Below are positions 27,050 through 40,156 of a stretch of DNA of 64,000 nt, one piece after another (position 1 is the stretch's first letter; each line of letters opens with the position of its first letter). The stretch is taken from contig NW_025964212.1 in assembly GCF_023055435.1 (NCBI RefSeq), positions 1,426,001 to 1,490,000 of the forward strand, in the 5' to 3' direction. The translations under genes were made by a program, and so were the position numbers. Under the pieces are notes generated by a model, which worked only from the letters and a program-made list of their open reading frames with translations, was not told the origin of the DNA and ran no database searches. The DNA is from Haliotis rufescens (Eukaryota).

Positions 27050-27490
27050 GTGTCGTAAGGCGACAAACAGGATCGGGTGGTCAGGCTTTCCAAACGCATG
27101 GGAAGATCCGGGGTAGAATAGATCTTCAGCAACCCATGCTTACCGTAAAAGGCAACTTTAATTTGCTTGTCGTAAAAGGCGACTAAGGTGATCGGGTAGT
27201 CAGGCTCGCTGACTTGCTTGATGCATGTCATCGATCCCAATGGCGTGGATCGATGCTCATGATATTAATCACTGGATTGTCTGGTCCAGACTCAATTATT
27301 TACAGATCGCCGTCATATAGCTTGAATTTTGCTGAGTGCGGCGTTAAACAACAAACCAACCAACTAACCAAATGCATGGATCGATACTCAAGAGTTTAAT
27401 CACTTGATTGTTTGGTTAAGACACAATTATTTACTAACCGCCGTCATAAAGCTGGACTATTGCTGAGTGCGGCGTTAACAACAAACATAC
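27050..27490 (+). mobile_element. Cluster of family A pieces at the unit 2/3 junction
   Basis: Fragment at 27050, near-full copy at ~27100-27370, and an older 3' half to 27490. Confidence 0.8.
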
Positions 27491-29013
27491 GTTCTTATAT
27501 ACATACAAGCATACATACATATAATATGTTTCATAATCTACCCATTTATAGCCTTTCGTATATTGGTACAGAACTTCTATTATCCATATCATTTTCGTCG
27601 TGGATTGTGTCTAAACGTAATCGTCTTTCTGTTTCAAAGCATTTACCTTTCAGGCACCTATCAATAACTATCTTGAAATGTATCTAAAGTCATTCGCCTA
27701 CTTGTATTTCACAGTGATTTTTTCAGCTTAGACAGCAATGCAACTCTTCATCCAAATAAATTCATTGATCTAACAATTGTAATTACCATCATCATACTTA
27801 GTGTTTACTCTCTATCTGTTCTGTGCTTTAATCAAAATGGTTCTCCTCAGCAAGACGTCTTATTGAAACCTACTTTGTTCAATGTTAACACGATTGGTAA
27901 ATGACTGTCATTGATCTCGTCTTACCTATACATGATAGAGTCTCAGAAGGTAATTTGTCTGCGATTCTCCGGTTTCAAAACCTGAAAACAACTTAAATGT
28001 TTCATCCTGCCTTCACATTTCGAAAGAAGAAATCGATAGAGTATTTGCAATTTCAGTTTAAAGTATTAACTTCACATTCAAATGATAGCACTGGGGACAT
28101 AGCTGTTCGCCCTCAGTATGTGTTGTGCATATTTTGTATACAGTTGGTTCAGTCTTCGATAAGATGAATTGATTCTTCTGAGGGGAACTTTCTCATCGCC
28201 TTGATTTGTATAAGTATGTCTACTGAAGAACACTAGGTGCAAAGTGCTGAGACATGTACGTGGTCCTTACAGCTACTTCATATTCCTACGGTAAAGTCCA
28301 CGTTATACTGGAAATGAAACACGCCTTGGTTTCCGTGGAATGTCATCAGGGTGCACGTAATTGACGTAAATGAATGGCTTGGGTTTGTGAAGAAAGTTTA
28401 ATGTCACGACATTTGGTGAAATGAGTTGTAATTTAAGAGTTGGAGCTGTAAAAACGGGTAATAGGATTACAGTCACGAAGCGTTTCAGGGGCTACTTTAT
28501 AAACCTTTCACATTTATAAGACCTCGGTCTACTGGATAGAGCGTCTTATCGAAGAGCGTGAAGTCGGTGGTGCGATCCCCTGGCCGCGCCAAACCAGAAT
28601 ACTTTAAGAGATGGTACTTGTTGTTACCCTGCCTGTCACTCGGCATTAAAGGGATAAAACAAAGACTGGTAGGCGCGGAGTCAGTATGAGAGTAGAGTGT
28701 TCATGTTAAGCAGAGGTATGGAATTTCAATGGGACCAGACAATCCAGTGATCGATATTGTGAACACCTATCCACGCCGTAGGTGTACGATGACAAGTTAT
28801 GAAACACGTCTTGGAATCTGACCACCCGATCCATTTGGTCGCCACTTACGGCCAGCAGATGTTGCTGAGGATCTAAACGAACCCAGTATCCCGATGGTGA
28901 ATTATTTGTGAACATGTCAATCCGGAACACATAGACTCAATTTAATTTATTTAATTTAAGGATCAAACATCTATGCCTTGATATTAACCATCCTATACAC
29001 ACCTTAGAAAACT

Positions 29014-29265
29014 TTCGGGGTAGAATAGGTCTTCAGCAACCCATGCTTGCCGTAAAAGGTGACTATGCTTGTCGTAAAAGGCAACTAACGGGATCGGGTG
29101 GTCAGGCTCGCTGACTCGGTTGATGCATGTCATCGATCCCAATTGGGTGGATCGATGCTCATGATATTAATCACTGGATTGTCTGGTCCAGACTCGATTA
29201 TTTTACCGACCGCCGTCATATAGCTGGAATATGACTGAGTGCGGCGTTAAACAACAAACCAACCA
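29014..29265 (+). mobile_element. SINE-like family A, 5'-truncated, unit 3
   Basis: Same site and TSD as the copy at 22903. Confidence 0.9.
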
Positions 29266-30654
29266 AAAAAAAACCTTAGAAAACGTTAAGCATCACTCTC
29301 TTATCTTCATATACACCGAACTTTTTGTTTCATACTTAGTGCAGCGTACAACAACAAACCAACAAACCAATCATAGCATCGGTGGTCCAGTCGTCTGATG
29401 CACAACAGTTCGTTGTCCGGTGTTGCGTGCCAGAAACCTATGCTCGTCTCTTATAATGATCTTACTAAGTTTGTCGTGCATTATACCATACTCTTGGGGT
29501 TCATTAAAGTGGTAAACTTGTATGAGGTACATCACTCAGTCCTTTCCTCCAATATTAAGCTGAAACGCCATGATATAACTGAAATACTCTTAAAAAGCGG
29601 CGTTAAACCAAACTGACTCAATATGAGTATATCACTTTCTGATAATGTTATTCTGGGTACGATTTTATTAATGATTTTTCATTTTTGAAAATACACAGAA
29701 GGCGGTGCTTCACCTTTTGCAGGTGGCGACAAATAGACTGATCGAATTCAACTGGGAAAACTATAACTACTGTAAGCTGTAGTATTCACGACCACATGTC
29801 AGCTACAGTCGTTGTTTGTCTGAACAAGCCAATTCAGTGATTGACAGTATGGGCATCGGTGTACGCAATTGGTATACGATGACATCCATCAACCACTTGC
29901 AAGTCCGCGACTCTGATCACCCGCTCAGTCAGTCGCCTCTTATGACAAGCGCGTGTCATCTGCTGTGTTGGTGATGTGATAACCACGCTAAGATGGTTTC
30001 GTTCATGGAGACGCCTTGGAGACTACCGATCAAAAGACAGAAGTATGGAGCAGAAAATTACCATCAATTCACCAATCATGAAACTGAGGTAATAATTAAT
30101 CAAAGTCGACCACTCGGCCTGTACTCGGGGGTGGCCATAATCTCTCAATTTTCTTCCATGCATTTGACACGGACAATGTGCACATTCGTATCAAGTAACA
30201 AGTAAACGGTACGACTTCTCAGCACTAGGACAACACTGTGTATAGTGCAGTGATCAATGTTTTCCCCCCGAAAGGATCAGTCAACAAAAAATATTGATGA
30301 ACGGTTGCATACTGTTTAAAGGGAGACTGCCCTTCAGCACAAGTTTATTTTCCAGTTTCCTTATGGTCGTATTAGTGACTGGGTTTTGTCTTAAGCCAGT
30401 ATTACGGCAGCAAGACGTCAGAAATGGGCTTCGAGCATTGTACCCATGAGGGGTATCCATACCGGGTCGTCTCCCTGAGGAATCTTCCTTGTACAAAGGT
30501 AAAATGTTTTGATAATAGCACTAATGTTGACATTAACCCCAAATTCGTTTTTTTCGAAGTAGTGCTATATCGAACATGTTATTTGTAAATTTTTCATATA
30601 CAAATGTTCATATTGTCACTTCGGTGAGATTAAGTATCAGCATAATAAAGGTAT

Positions 30655-30919
30655 TGGTTTGGTTTGTTGTTTAACGCCGCACTCAGCAATTTTCCAGCTA
30701 TATGACGGCGGTCTGTAAATAATCGAGTCTGGACCAGACAATACAGTGATTGATATCATGAGTATCGATCCATGTAATTGGGATCGATGACATGTATCAG
30801 CCAAGTCAGCGAGTCTGACCACCCGATCCCGTTAGTCGCCTTTTACGATAGGCATAGTCACCTTTTACGGCAAGCATGGGTTGCTGAAGACCTATTCTAC
30901 CCCGGAACCTTCACGGGTC
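30655..30919 (-). mobile_element. SINE-like family A with TSD, unit 3
   Basis: TSD ATAATAAAGG on both sides. Confidence 0.92.
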
Positions 30920-31383
30920 GATAATAAAGGGAGCTGACCTTGCCACCTATCGTGTGATCCGGTTACCGCGGCTGTGATTTAAGCTAGTTGATATTGCAAT
31001 GACTATTCATGAAGCCTATGTTGTGGTTGACCAGATCTACGCTGATGTCCGTCTCCAACTTATGTCTTGACATTGTAATAAGTGACAAGTGTGAAACTGA
31101 GACATTGTGTGTCGAATGAGGGAAGTCATCAACTGCTACAAAGTGATTGTGATAACATGATGTCATATCTGTTGAAAAATTCATCTTCGGTTACAGATTT
31201 GGCCATTGAATTCATAGAACAAATCGTCCTATTTTGGGTGTAATTGAGCCATAACGATGTATTTGTGGTTGTTCGGGGTTAAGAAAGGTGTATATTAAAA
31301 CCATGTCAGTTATTTTTACATTTTCATAGACATTTTTTTCAGAATAGATTTTGTGGGATATAATTTTTTGTTTTTTGAGCTTG

Positions 31384-31653
31384 GACCCGTGAAGATTCTG
31401 GGGTAGAATAGGTCTTCAGCAACCCATGCTTGCCGTAAAAGGTGACTATGCTTGTCGTAAAAGGCGACTAATGGGATCGGGTCGTCAGGCTCGCTGATTT
31501 GGTTGATGCATGTCATCGATCCAAATTGCGTGGATCGATGCTCATATCAATCACTGGATTGTCTGGTCCAGACTCGATTATTTACAGACCGCCGTCATAT
31601 AGCTGTAATATTGCTGAGTGCAGTGTTAAACGACAAACCAACCAACCAACCAA
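31384..31653 (+). mobile_element. SINE-like family A, seen only in unit 3
   Basis: TSD TTTGAGCT. Empty site in unit 2 (~24963). Confidence 0.92.
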
Positions 31654-34600
31654 CATTTGAGCTGGTGGACAACGCAGGCTTTAGGGGAAACAAATCAAAC
31701 ATGCTAGGATTGGCAATGGTCTCCTTTGAATAAAAAGAGTTCAATGTGGTACAATGACATACATGGCTGTGATGGGGATAAGGATAACACATAGTTATTA
31801 CCTAGTTCGGTCTTGTTAGACTTCATAGCAATGTTCTGACTTATGCTATATGTCAGTGGAGACTGTTGTAAATTGTGTTGCTAGTGGCAGCAAAAGATTG
31901 AAGAGCTAGTAAAACGTCGAGCGTTGTCGGCGTTAGCGAGTGGAAATTAAAGTTTCCGTCCTTGTTTATGAACACAGCACGCTATTTCTCTGTGTGTGAA
32001 ACCTTCGTTACACACCTGATAAAACGCTGCCGCCAGTGTGGACGCGGCCATTGCAAGAATCTTGTAGTTTGCCCATTTGTCTCCAAATGTAGTGACATAT
32101 AACATTTTGTGTCTCTTTGGAAATGCCAAAAGTTATTGTAGAGAACTTTAAAGAAAGGTTTACGACAGACTTTACGATGGTTCAAGATTCTTGATTACCG
32201 GAAAAGCACTAAACTTCCTACTTATATTCTTACTGTATAAATTACGTGTTAGTTAAGATGCAATAGAATTTCGAAAAACAAAATAATTTAGCTGATGGAA
32301 GAGTGTTCGGCGTCAAGACAGTCATGGCCGATAGTGCCTGCCTATGAAAGCAGTAAAGAGTGACTGGAGGCAGTGATTTTTCGAGAAGTTAGGAAGGAGA
32401 CAGTTTCTGGAAGGTTTGCAGTACTTGTACAAGAGTGATAAGAGGGCGCTTTGAGGCCAGGTGCGGTTTGCATACCTCATTGTAAACGCCGATTTCCTGC
32501 CAGCTTCCAACACTATCTCAGATTCGAGAACGGAGACGTGACAAAAACATCTGAACATTCGTGAGTGCACTCACATTACTTACACGGCCTGCCACCTATT
32601 GCTGCTGCAACCTTTTGGACACACTGTGTTGCTTTAAGTGACTGTAAGCCTAACATTGTGTCTTTCCACATAATAGATTGATTATTCATTGATCTTGTGT
32701 GGTCATTTACTGATTTCATAACTAAGTTCTGTACTTGCCAATTTCTGGGTTAACCTTTGCGTTTCAATTTGTCACCTCGAACCACTACCGTGTTCGATAC
32801 AGTTTATCAAAATGATTATTCAAATTATATCAATGTCATATTGTTCTTCCAAAAGGCATATTTCATAACAATTTGCTTTACGTATTTTGTTTGAAATATA
32901 AGAAACCCACGTAAATCTTTGATTCACTCTTGGTGAAAAAATGAGAACAAACACACCCTACAGTGGTTTATAAGTTTTAGTTTCTATCATGGATTTTGCC
33001 TATTGCTTTGAGGTTTGAAAGCCAGACAGTGATTATATATTCTTATTATATAAATTCTGACTGGTCTTTAATAATGAGGAATCTTTGTAGGATTTGGAAT
33101 ATGTGACACCTTAAAGGCATATCACTGTAAAGCAGACAAATACATAGACATGCATTATTATAAATACACAATCAATACCGCCATCCAGACGAGAGACAGA
33201 TCAGTTTATGGAGGATACGAAATGATAAACAATATATTATGTATACGTATGTATCAGAATCGTCAACACCAAACAAAGGTTCACATATACATACAAGCAT
33301 ACATACATATAATATGTTTCATAATCTACCCATTTATAGACTTTCGTATATTGGTACAGAACTTATATTATCCGTATCATTTTCGTTGTAGATTGTGTCA
33401 AAACGTAATCGTCTTTCTGTTTCAAAGCATTTACCTTTCAGGCAGCTATCAATAACTATCTTGAAATGTATCTAAAGTCATTCACCTACTCGTATTTCAC
33501 AGTGATTGTTTCATCTTAGACAGCAATGCAAATCATCATCCAAATCAATTCATTGATCTAACAATTGTAATTACCATCATCATACTTAGTGTCTACTCTC
33601 TATCTGTTCTGTGCTTTAATCAAAATGGTTCTTCTCAGCAAGACGTCTTATTGAAACCAACCTTGTCCAATGTTAACACGATTTGTAAATGACTGTCATT
33701 GATCTCGTCTTACCTACACATGATAGAGTCTCAGAAGGTAATTTGTCTGCGATTCTCCGGTTTCAAAATCTGAAAACAAATAAAATGTTACATCCTGCCT
33801 TCACATTTCGAAGGAACAAATCGATAGAGTATTTGCAATTTCAATTTAAAGTATTAACTTCACATTCAAATGATAGCACTGGGGACATAACTGTTCGCCC
33901 TCAGTATGTGTTGTGCATATTTTGTATACAGTTGGTTTAGTCTTCGATAAGATGAATTGATTTTCTGAGTGGAACTTTCTCATCACCTTGATTTGAATAA
34001 GTATGTCTACTGAAGAACACTCAGTGCCAAGTGCTGAGACATATACGTGGTCCTTACATCCATGCTACTTCATATTCCTACGGTAAAGTCCACGTTATAC
34101 TGGAAATGAAACACGCCTTGGTTTCCGTGGAATGTCATCAGGGTGCACGTAATTGTCGTAAATGAATGGCTTGGGTTTGTGAAGAAATTTTAATGTCACG
34201 ACATTCGGTGAAATGAGTTGTAATTTAAGAGTTGGAGCTGTAAAAACGGGTAATAGGATTACAGTCACGAAGCGTTTCAGGGGCTACTTTATAAACCTTT
34301 CACATTTATAAGACCTCGGTCTACTGGATAGAGCGTCTTATCGAAGAGCGGGACGTCGGTGGTGCGATCTGGCCGCTTCATACCACAATACATTAATAGA
34401 TGGTACTTGTTGTTACCATGCCTGTCATTCAGCATTTAGGGGATAAAACAAAGACTGGTAGGCGCGGAGCCAGTATAATGTAGGGTATTCATGTTAAGCA
34501 GAGGTATGGGATTTCAATAGAGTCAGACAATCCAATGATCGATATTGTGAACAGCTATCCACGTCGTAGGTGTACGATGAAACACGTCATGGAATCTGAC

Positions 34601-36177
34601 CACCCGATGCATTTTGTCGCCAGTTACGGAAAGCATACTAGGTTGCTAAAAAACTGATCGAACCCAGTATCCCGATTTGGCCCCCGTGACAGGAAGAAAT
34701 ATTTGTGAACATGTTTTTGTCAACCCGGCATACATAGACTCAAGTTGATATTTTTTGATTTGAGTTTCAGAACATCTGAACGTTCGTGAGTGCACTCACA
34801 TTAATTACACGGCCTGCCACCTATTGCTGCTGCCACTTATTAGACCCACTGTGTTGCCTTAAGTGACTGTAAGCCTAACATTGTGTGTTACCACATAATA
34901 GATTGATTATTCGTTGATCTTGTGTGGTCATTTACTGATTTCATAACTTAGTTCGATTTACTGGGTTAACCTTTGTGTTTCAATTTGTCACCTCGTACCA
35001 CTACCTTATTAGATACAGTTTATTAAAATGATTATTCTAATTATATCAATGTCATATTGTTCTTCAAAAAGGCATATTTCATAATGACTTGCTTTACGTA
35101 TTTTGTTTGATGTTTAAAACCCCACGTAAACCTTTGATTCAGTCTTTGTGAAAAAAAGAGGAGAAACATGCCCTACATTGGTTTATTATTTTTAGTTTCT
35201 ATCATGGATTTTGTCTCTTGCTTTGAGGTTTGAAAGCCAGACGGTGATTATATATTCTTATTAAAAAGCTCTGACTGGACTTTAATAATGAGGAATCTTT
35301 GACGGATTTCAGTCTGGAGTATGTGATACCTTAAAGGCATATCACTGTAAAGCAGACAAATACACAGACATGCATTAATTAGATATACACAATCAATACC
35401 GCCATCCAGACGAGAGACAGATCAGTTGATGAAGGATACGAAATAGTAAACAATAAATTGTGTCAGAATCTTTTTTATTTTCAAGTGTCACCAATATTAA
35501 TTTCATCTTTCATCATCAGTGTTTACCAAAGGTTAAACAGTCAGTAACTATTTAAGGATAATAGGTAAATCGTTATGATGTTCATTAATAGATGAAAATT
35601 GAAAACTACTCATAATGCTTTTATGCAAAACGGTGCACAAGAATGCATGCACAGCGACCGACACCTTATTTTATCATTTGGACAATCAGATTGAATCAGC
35701 TAGATGTTAATAACTCAAATCTCAGAGACAGTAAAATGCTAGCAATTCAGAACTTTGTTCTTCACTTCAGTTCCCTGTACATGACATTGGAATGACCGCA
35801 TATTGCGGGAAGAGCGCTTCAGTCGACCCAAAGTCGAAGACGTTTACAACATTACATGAGAATACTGCACCGAACCTGTGTGTGAACAGGCATGCGTCGC
35901 AATATATCATTAATAGTATCATTTACTTTTTCTCCAGTCATGTAGGCTTTATTTGCAAAAGTACGATTCAATTCAAATACGACACACCGGTAGCGTAATA
36001 TGTAAATATTCTCCAGAGTGTCAAGCATAACTTCAAGTGTATATATCAAGCAGAGTATCACGTTCTTTTTTGAAAATTGACAAATACGAGTCTCCGATCA
36101 AATGAATTAAATATACCATATGTAATAAATGTAAATACATTGAATTGTTTGGAGGTATTTTGATTATAAGTTTATTA

Positions 36178-36425
36178 TGTTTGTTTGTTGTTTAACGCCG
36201 CACATAGCAATATTCCAGCTATATGACGGCGGTGTGTAAAAAATCGAGTCTGGACCAGGCAGTCCAGTTGTTGACATCATGAGCATCGATCCACACAATT
36301 GAGACACAATGACATGCATCAACCAAGTCAGCGAGCCTGCCCACCCGATCTTACGACAAGCATAGTCGCCTTTTTCGGCAAGCATGGGTTGCTGAAGACC
36401 TTTTCTACCCCGGATCTTCACGGGT
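36178..36425 (-). mobile_element. SINE-like family A
   Basis: Matches the reverse consensus. Confidence 0.88.
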
Positions 36426-36835
36426 ATTGACACTCAATATGGTCTCTAAGAAAACCGAGGATGAAGATAATGGTTGTGACAATTGTAATGTTTGTGATAA
36501 AGGTGCGATTGGAACGCGCTATAGAATCCTTCCCCTAGCATTCTGGATATCTGCAGAGTTTGTAATCTAATTCCTAACACAATGTTCCCCGATTCATTTT
36601 GAATTCTCATTTATTTTTTCCCATGAGATAATGGCATTCAGTTTTTGTGCTGTGTTATAGGATTCTCGAAGAGGAAATTATTCAAAGTAGAAAGAAGTTT
36701 TAATGGACTAACTATGGAAGTCAACTGTCTTGCTGTCATTGTCAGAACAAAAATCAATGGCACTACTTTTACCTGATATTAAAATGAATTATCCTTATTT
36801 TCTACATAAAGAAACAATACGCACGAACACAGTTT

Positions 36836-37150
36836 GACTGCCTCCGTGGTGTAGTGGTAGAGCGTCCGCCCGGAGAGCGGAAGGTCCGGGGTTCGTCCCC
36901 CGCCGCGTCATACCAAAAGACGTTAAAAGATGGTACTTGATGTTATCCTGTCTGGCGCTCGGCATTAAGGGGCTAAAACAAGGTCAGTATAGAGTCAGTT
37001 CATGTTAAACTGCGGCATGGTATCTCAGTGGGTTAGCGCTATAAATCGGTATCAGTCCGGACAAGTACAAGCTGACACACAAGTGTATGCACGTCGCTAA
37101 AAAAGTGCAATAATCTTGGAAGCGACGTTAAACCCCCTTTCCCCTTACCC
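36836..37150 (+). mobile_element. SINE family B
   Basis: A and B boxes, GTCATACCAAAAGAC core, CGTCG...CGACGTTAAAC tail. Confidence 0.9.
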
Positions 37151-37773
37151 CGAGGACAGTTTTAATTTCCTGCCTATGTACATGAACCTCTCATAGACGA
37201 ATGTGCTACATCTAATAGGCTCAGATTAAGTGAGTGTTTGTTAACATAGCTTTCAGCGATAGCCCAACTATATCACGCTGGCCTTTAAGATAACCCCGAA
37301 ATCAGTCGGCTCATACTGCAAGTATGACTCATAACAGTTGGGTTCATATCCAATCGTGTACGTCAAAAGGCCTCGGGGTTATTCCGAGTTCAGCTTAGCT
37401 AAGCTTGCCGAACGATTGTAAAAACGATCGGCCGGTGGGGCTCGGTGACTTGGTTCATTGCGTGTCATCGTACGCCGATGGCATGTATCGTTGCACACCA
37501 TGTCAAACACTAGTTGGGTTGGTCAAGATCCGGTTATTTACAGGCCGCCGTCCTGTGGCTGTAATATTACAAATTACGGTGTTAACAAGAAACAGTGTAT
37601 GAAGAAGGTTGGTTTGTTGTTTAACGCCACACTCAGCAATATTCCTACTGTATGATGGCGGTATGTAAATAAAGCATGTATTGACAAGAGAACGTTATTC
37701 GTGTTACAATTACAAAGTTCTAAACGATAAGCGAATAGAAGGAGTCTTATAAAATCACATGTTCAATGTCATA

Positions 37774-38040
37774 GACGTGAAGATCCGGGGTAGAATAGAT
37801 CTTCAGCAACCCATGCTTGCCGTTACAGGCGACTATGCTTGTCGTAGGAGGCGACTAACAGGATCGGGTGGTCAGGCTCGCTGACTTGGTTGATGCATGT
37901 CATCGATCCCAAATGCGGGCATCGATGCTCATGATATTAATCACTGGATTGTCTGGTCCTGACTCCACTAATTACAGACCGCCGTCATATGCCTGGAATA
38001 TTGCTAAGTGCAGCGTTAAACGACAAACAAACTAACCAAT
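37774..38040 (+). mobile_element. SINE-like family A with TSD
   Basis: TSD CAATGTCATA on both sides. Confidence 0.9.
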
Positions 38041-38726
38041 CAATGTCATAAAACATGATTACTGCACTAATCAACACGTTTCACGGCACGTTTTCCGTTG
38101 TCATAAATGTGGGATCCAAAAGGAAACTTTCCCAAATTGATTTGGCATTCACATCAAAGTCTACATGTAGCTATAATAAGGCAGTAAACTCCCGTTTGAA
38201 CAACATATGACGCCACACTTGGATGCAGGGCGCTCCCGGTGGAGGATACACAGTGACCCTTCAGCTATGTCACGTACCAGTAATTTGACTGCTGTGTGAG
38301 GAACCGAAATCAGGATGTACAAGAGACACGACTGTCATTTTAGATTCCACCCAAGGCATTCGTCCTCTTTGTGGTTATCTTGGGAAATCATCACAAAATA
38401 TATCAACAAGGGCACTATGTCCATTTCGCAAGGCTATTCTGTTTCGTGTGAAGTTGTCATTTCATATTCTTTTTTATCAAATGTGATCCAGATATTAACT
38501 AAATATTAAGGTGATAATTAACTTCAGAAATGTAGTTGTTGCACGTCTTTCACGACTATCATGTGTATTTACGTACATGTTGTAAATCCTATCTTGATAT
38601 GGATTATTTATTTATATCAAAATACGCCTGTTAATTACTTCTTTCCGTTACAACATCATCAAACACGGGGATATGATCGACATCCTGATCCTAAAGACAT
38701 CTGAGCCACCCGTATCACCTTCTTCA

Positions 38727-38985
38727 TAAGATCCGGGGTAGAATAGATCTTCAGTAATCCATGCTTGCCGTAAAGGCGACTACGCTTGTTGTAAGAGGCG
38801 ACTAACGGGATCGGGTGGTCAGGCTCGCTGACTTGGTTGATGCAAGTCATTGTATCCCAAAAACGTTGATCGATGCTCATGATGTCAATCACTGGTTTGT
38901 CTGGTCCAGACTCGATAATTTACCGACCGCCGTCATATAGTTGGAATGTTGCTGAGTGTGGCGTTATAAGCAAACAAGCAAACAA
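38727..38985 (+). mobile_element. SINE-like family A
   Basis: Matches the consensus. Confidence 0.88.
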
Positions 38986-39025
38986 AATCTTACATGTATA
39001 TGCTCTCTGCCTCATAGCATTCATT

Positions 39026-39065
39026 CATCTGATGAAGGAGTAAGCATATACTCCGAAACGTTGTG
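39026..39065 (+). ncRNA. Minimal type-I hammerhead ribozyme motif in a Penelope-type pseudo-LTR
   Basis: CAU-CUGAUGA-A-GGAGUA(AGCAUA)UACUCC-GAAA-CGUU-GUG: core, 6-bp helix II, palindromic ACGU helix III, 3-bp helix I. AATAAA follows once the SINE insertion is removed. Confidence 0.75.
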
Positions 39066-39077
39066 TTCCTCATAATA

Positions 39078-39369
39078 GGGGGCACGGGTGGCCCAGTCGT
39101 CTAAGGCGCCGCGATTCGCTGTGCAGAGTCGCGTCCCTTGGGCACGCCAGAAACCCATGATTGTGGGTTCGAATCCCGGTTCGCCCCGATTATGTTTCTA
39201 GGTTTGTCAGCACCATACCCGTGCTCGTGGGTTTCACCGAAGTGGTCAACGTCTGAGACCTGCATCACTTCGGGCTTTCCTCCCACATTAAGCTGACACG
39301 CCGTAGTATAACTGGAATACTGTTAAAAGCGGCGTTAAACCCAACTCACTCACTCACTCACTCACTCAC
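39078..39369 (+). mobile_element. SINE family C (tRNA-Leu-like head), young, with TSD
   Basis: A box GGTGGCCCAGTCGTCTAAGG, B box GGTTCGAATCCCGG, (CTCA)n tail. 11-bp TSD TCCTCATAATA at 39067-39077 and 39370-39380. Confidence 0.95.
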
Positions 39370-40156
39370 TCCTCATAATAAAGAAGTTGACATCCATAAA
39401 TTCTCTTTCTTATGTGTATCACTTCTAAATGCCTTTCAAAGACACACTCCAGATGTTGTATTAATTCGCCATTGATTGACACACGTCTCTGGACCAAGAT
39501 AAGAGTCGAGTCATGTGGCGAATTCTGTGATATGTCAAGGTTATTTGTTTGTGTAAAATCAATCCACTTGGCGTGTATGTCTCGATGTCACATCCTATCT
39601 TATTACCACCAGTGTGTTTGTCGTGGTGGTTTCATTTGAAGACTGTACAGAACAATGGTTGCCAATTAATCTGCTTAAGAACTCCGCTTGTCGTAAACCA
39701 TCAAAACTAATTTGCACTGATCGATGGCCTCTTTACGAAACTACGATGCCATTGATCACAAGGCTGGTGTGAGTCTAGTCTTCGATATACCAAGACTCAT
39801 TGTGGGTTATGTAATCAGTGCTTCGTCATATTTCCAAATAATAGTAAATTTACGTACAGACACACACTATAGACTATTTAATAGACAGGTGAATTGGAAG
39901 ATTTGTTGCGGGGATTCATGTTCATCCTAATTGTATTCATAATTTGTGTCAAACTGCGCATCAGTGGGGATGGCAAACAGTCTAACATACAAAATCATGT
40001 CGGACAACTTTGCTATTTGTGCTCATGATTACTACTATCTGTGTAATTCAATTAAATTCTAAAATCTACTCAACAACAAAAGTTCCCGTGACACCAATAT
40101 TTAGTGTATTCTTTTAAACAAGTAAAGTTTGGTTTTCAATATATTTGTAGTACATG

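Larger units (their letters stand above)
16365..35990. repeat. Tandem segmental duplication, four units (~16.4-21.2, 21.2-27.6, 27.6-33.4, 33.4-36.0 kb); partial copy at 15735-15990
   Basis: Marker ATGACTGTCATTGATCTCGTC at ~16649, 21465, 27901 and 33689. Colinear blocks include embedded old SINE B, A, C and D remnants. Confidence 0.95.

Noticed and set aside
16650-33940. Recurrent ORFs (MTVIDLV..., MHSRMFRC..., MVSFMETP...) as a tandem gene family
   Set aside because: They recur only because the DNA is duplicated. Stops and frameshifts differ among units, several use non-ATG starts, and no domain is recognisable.
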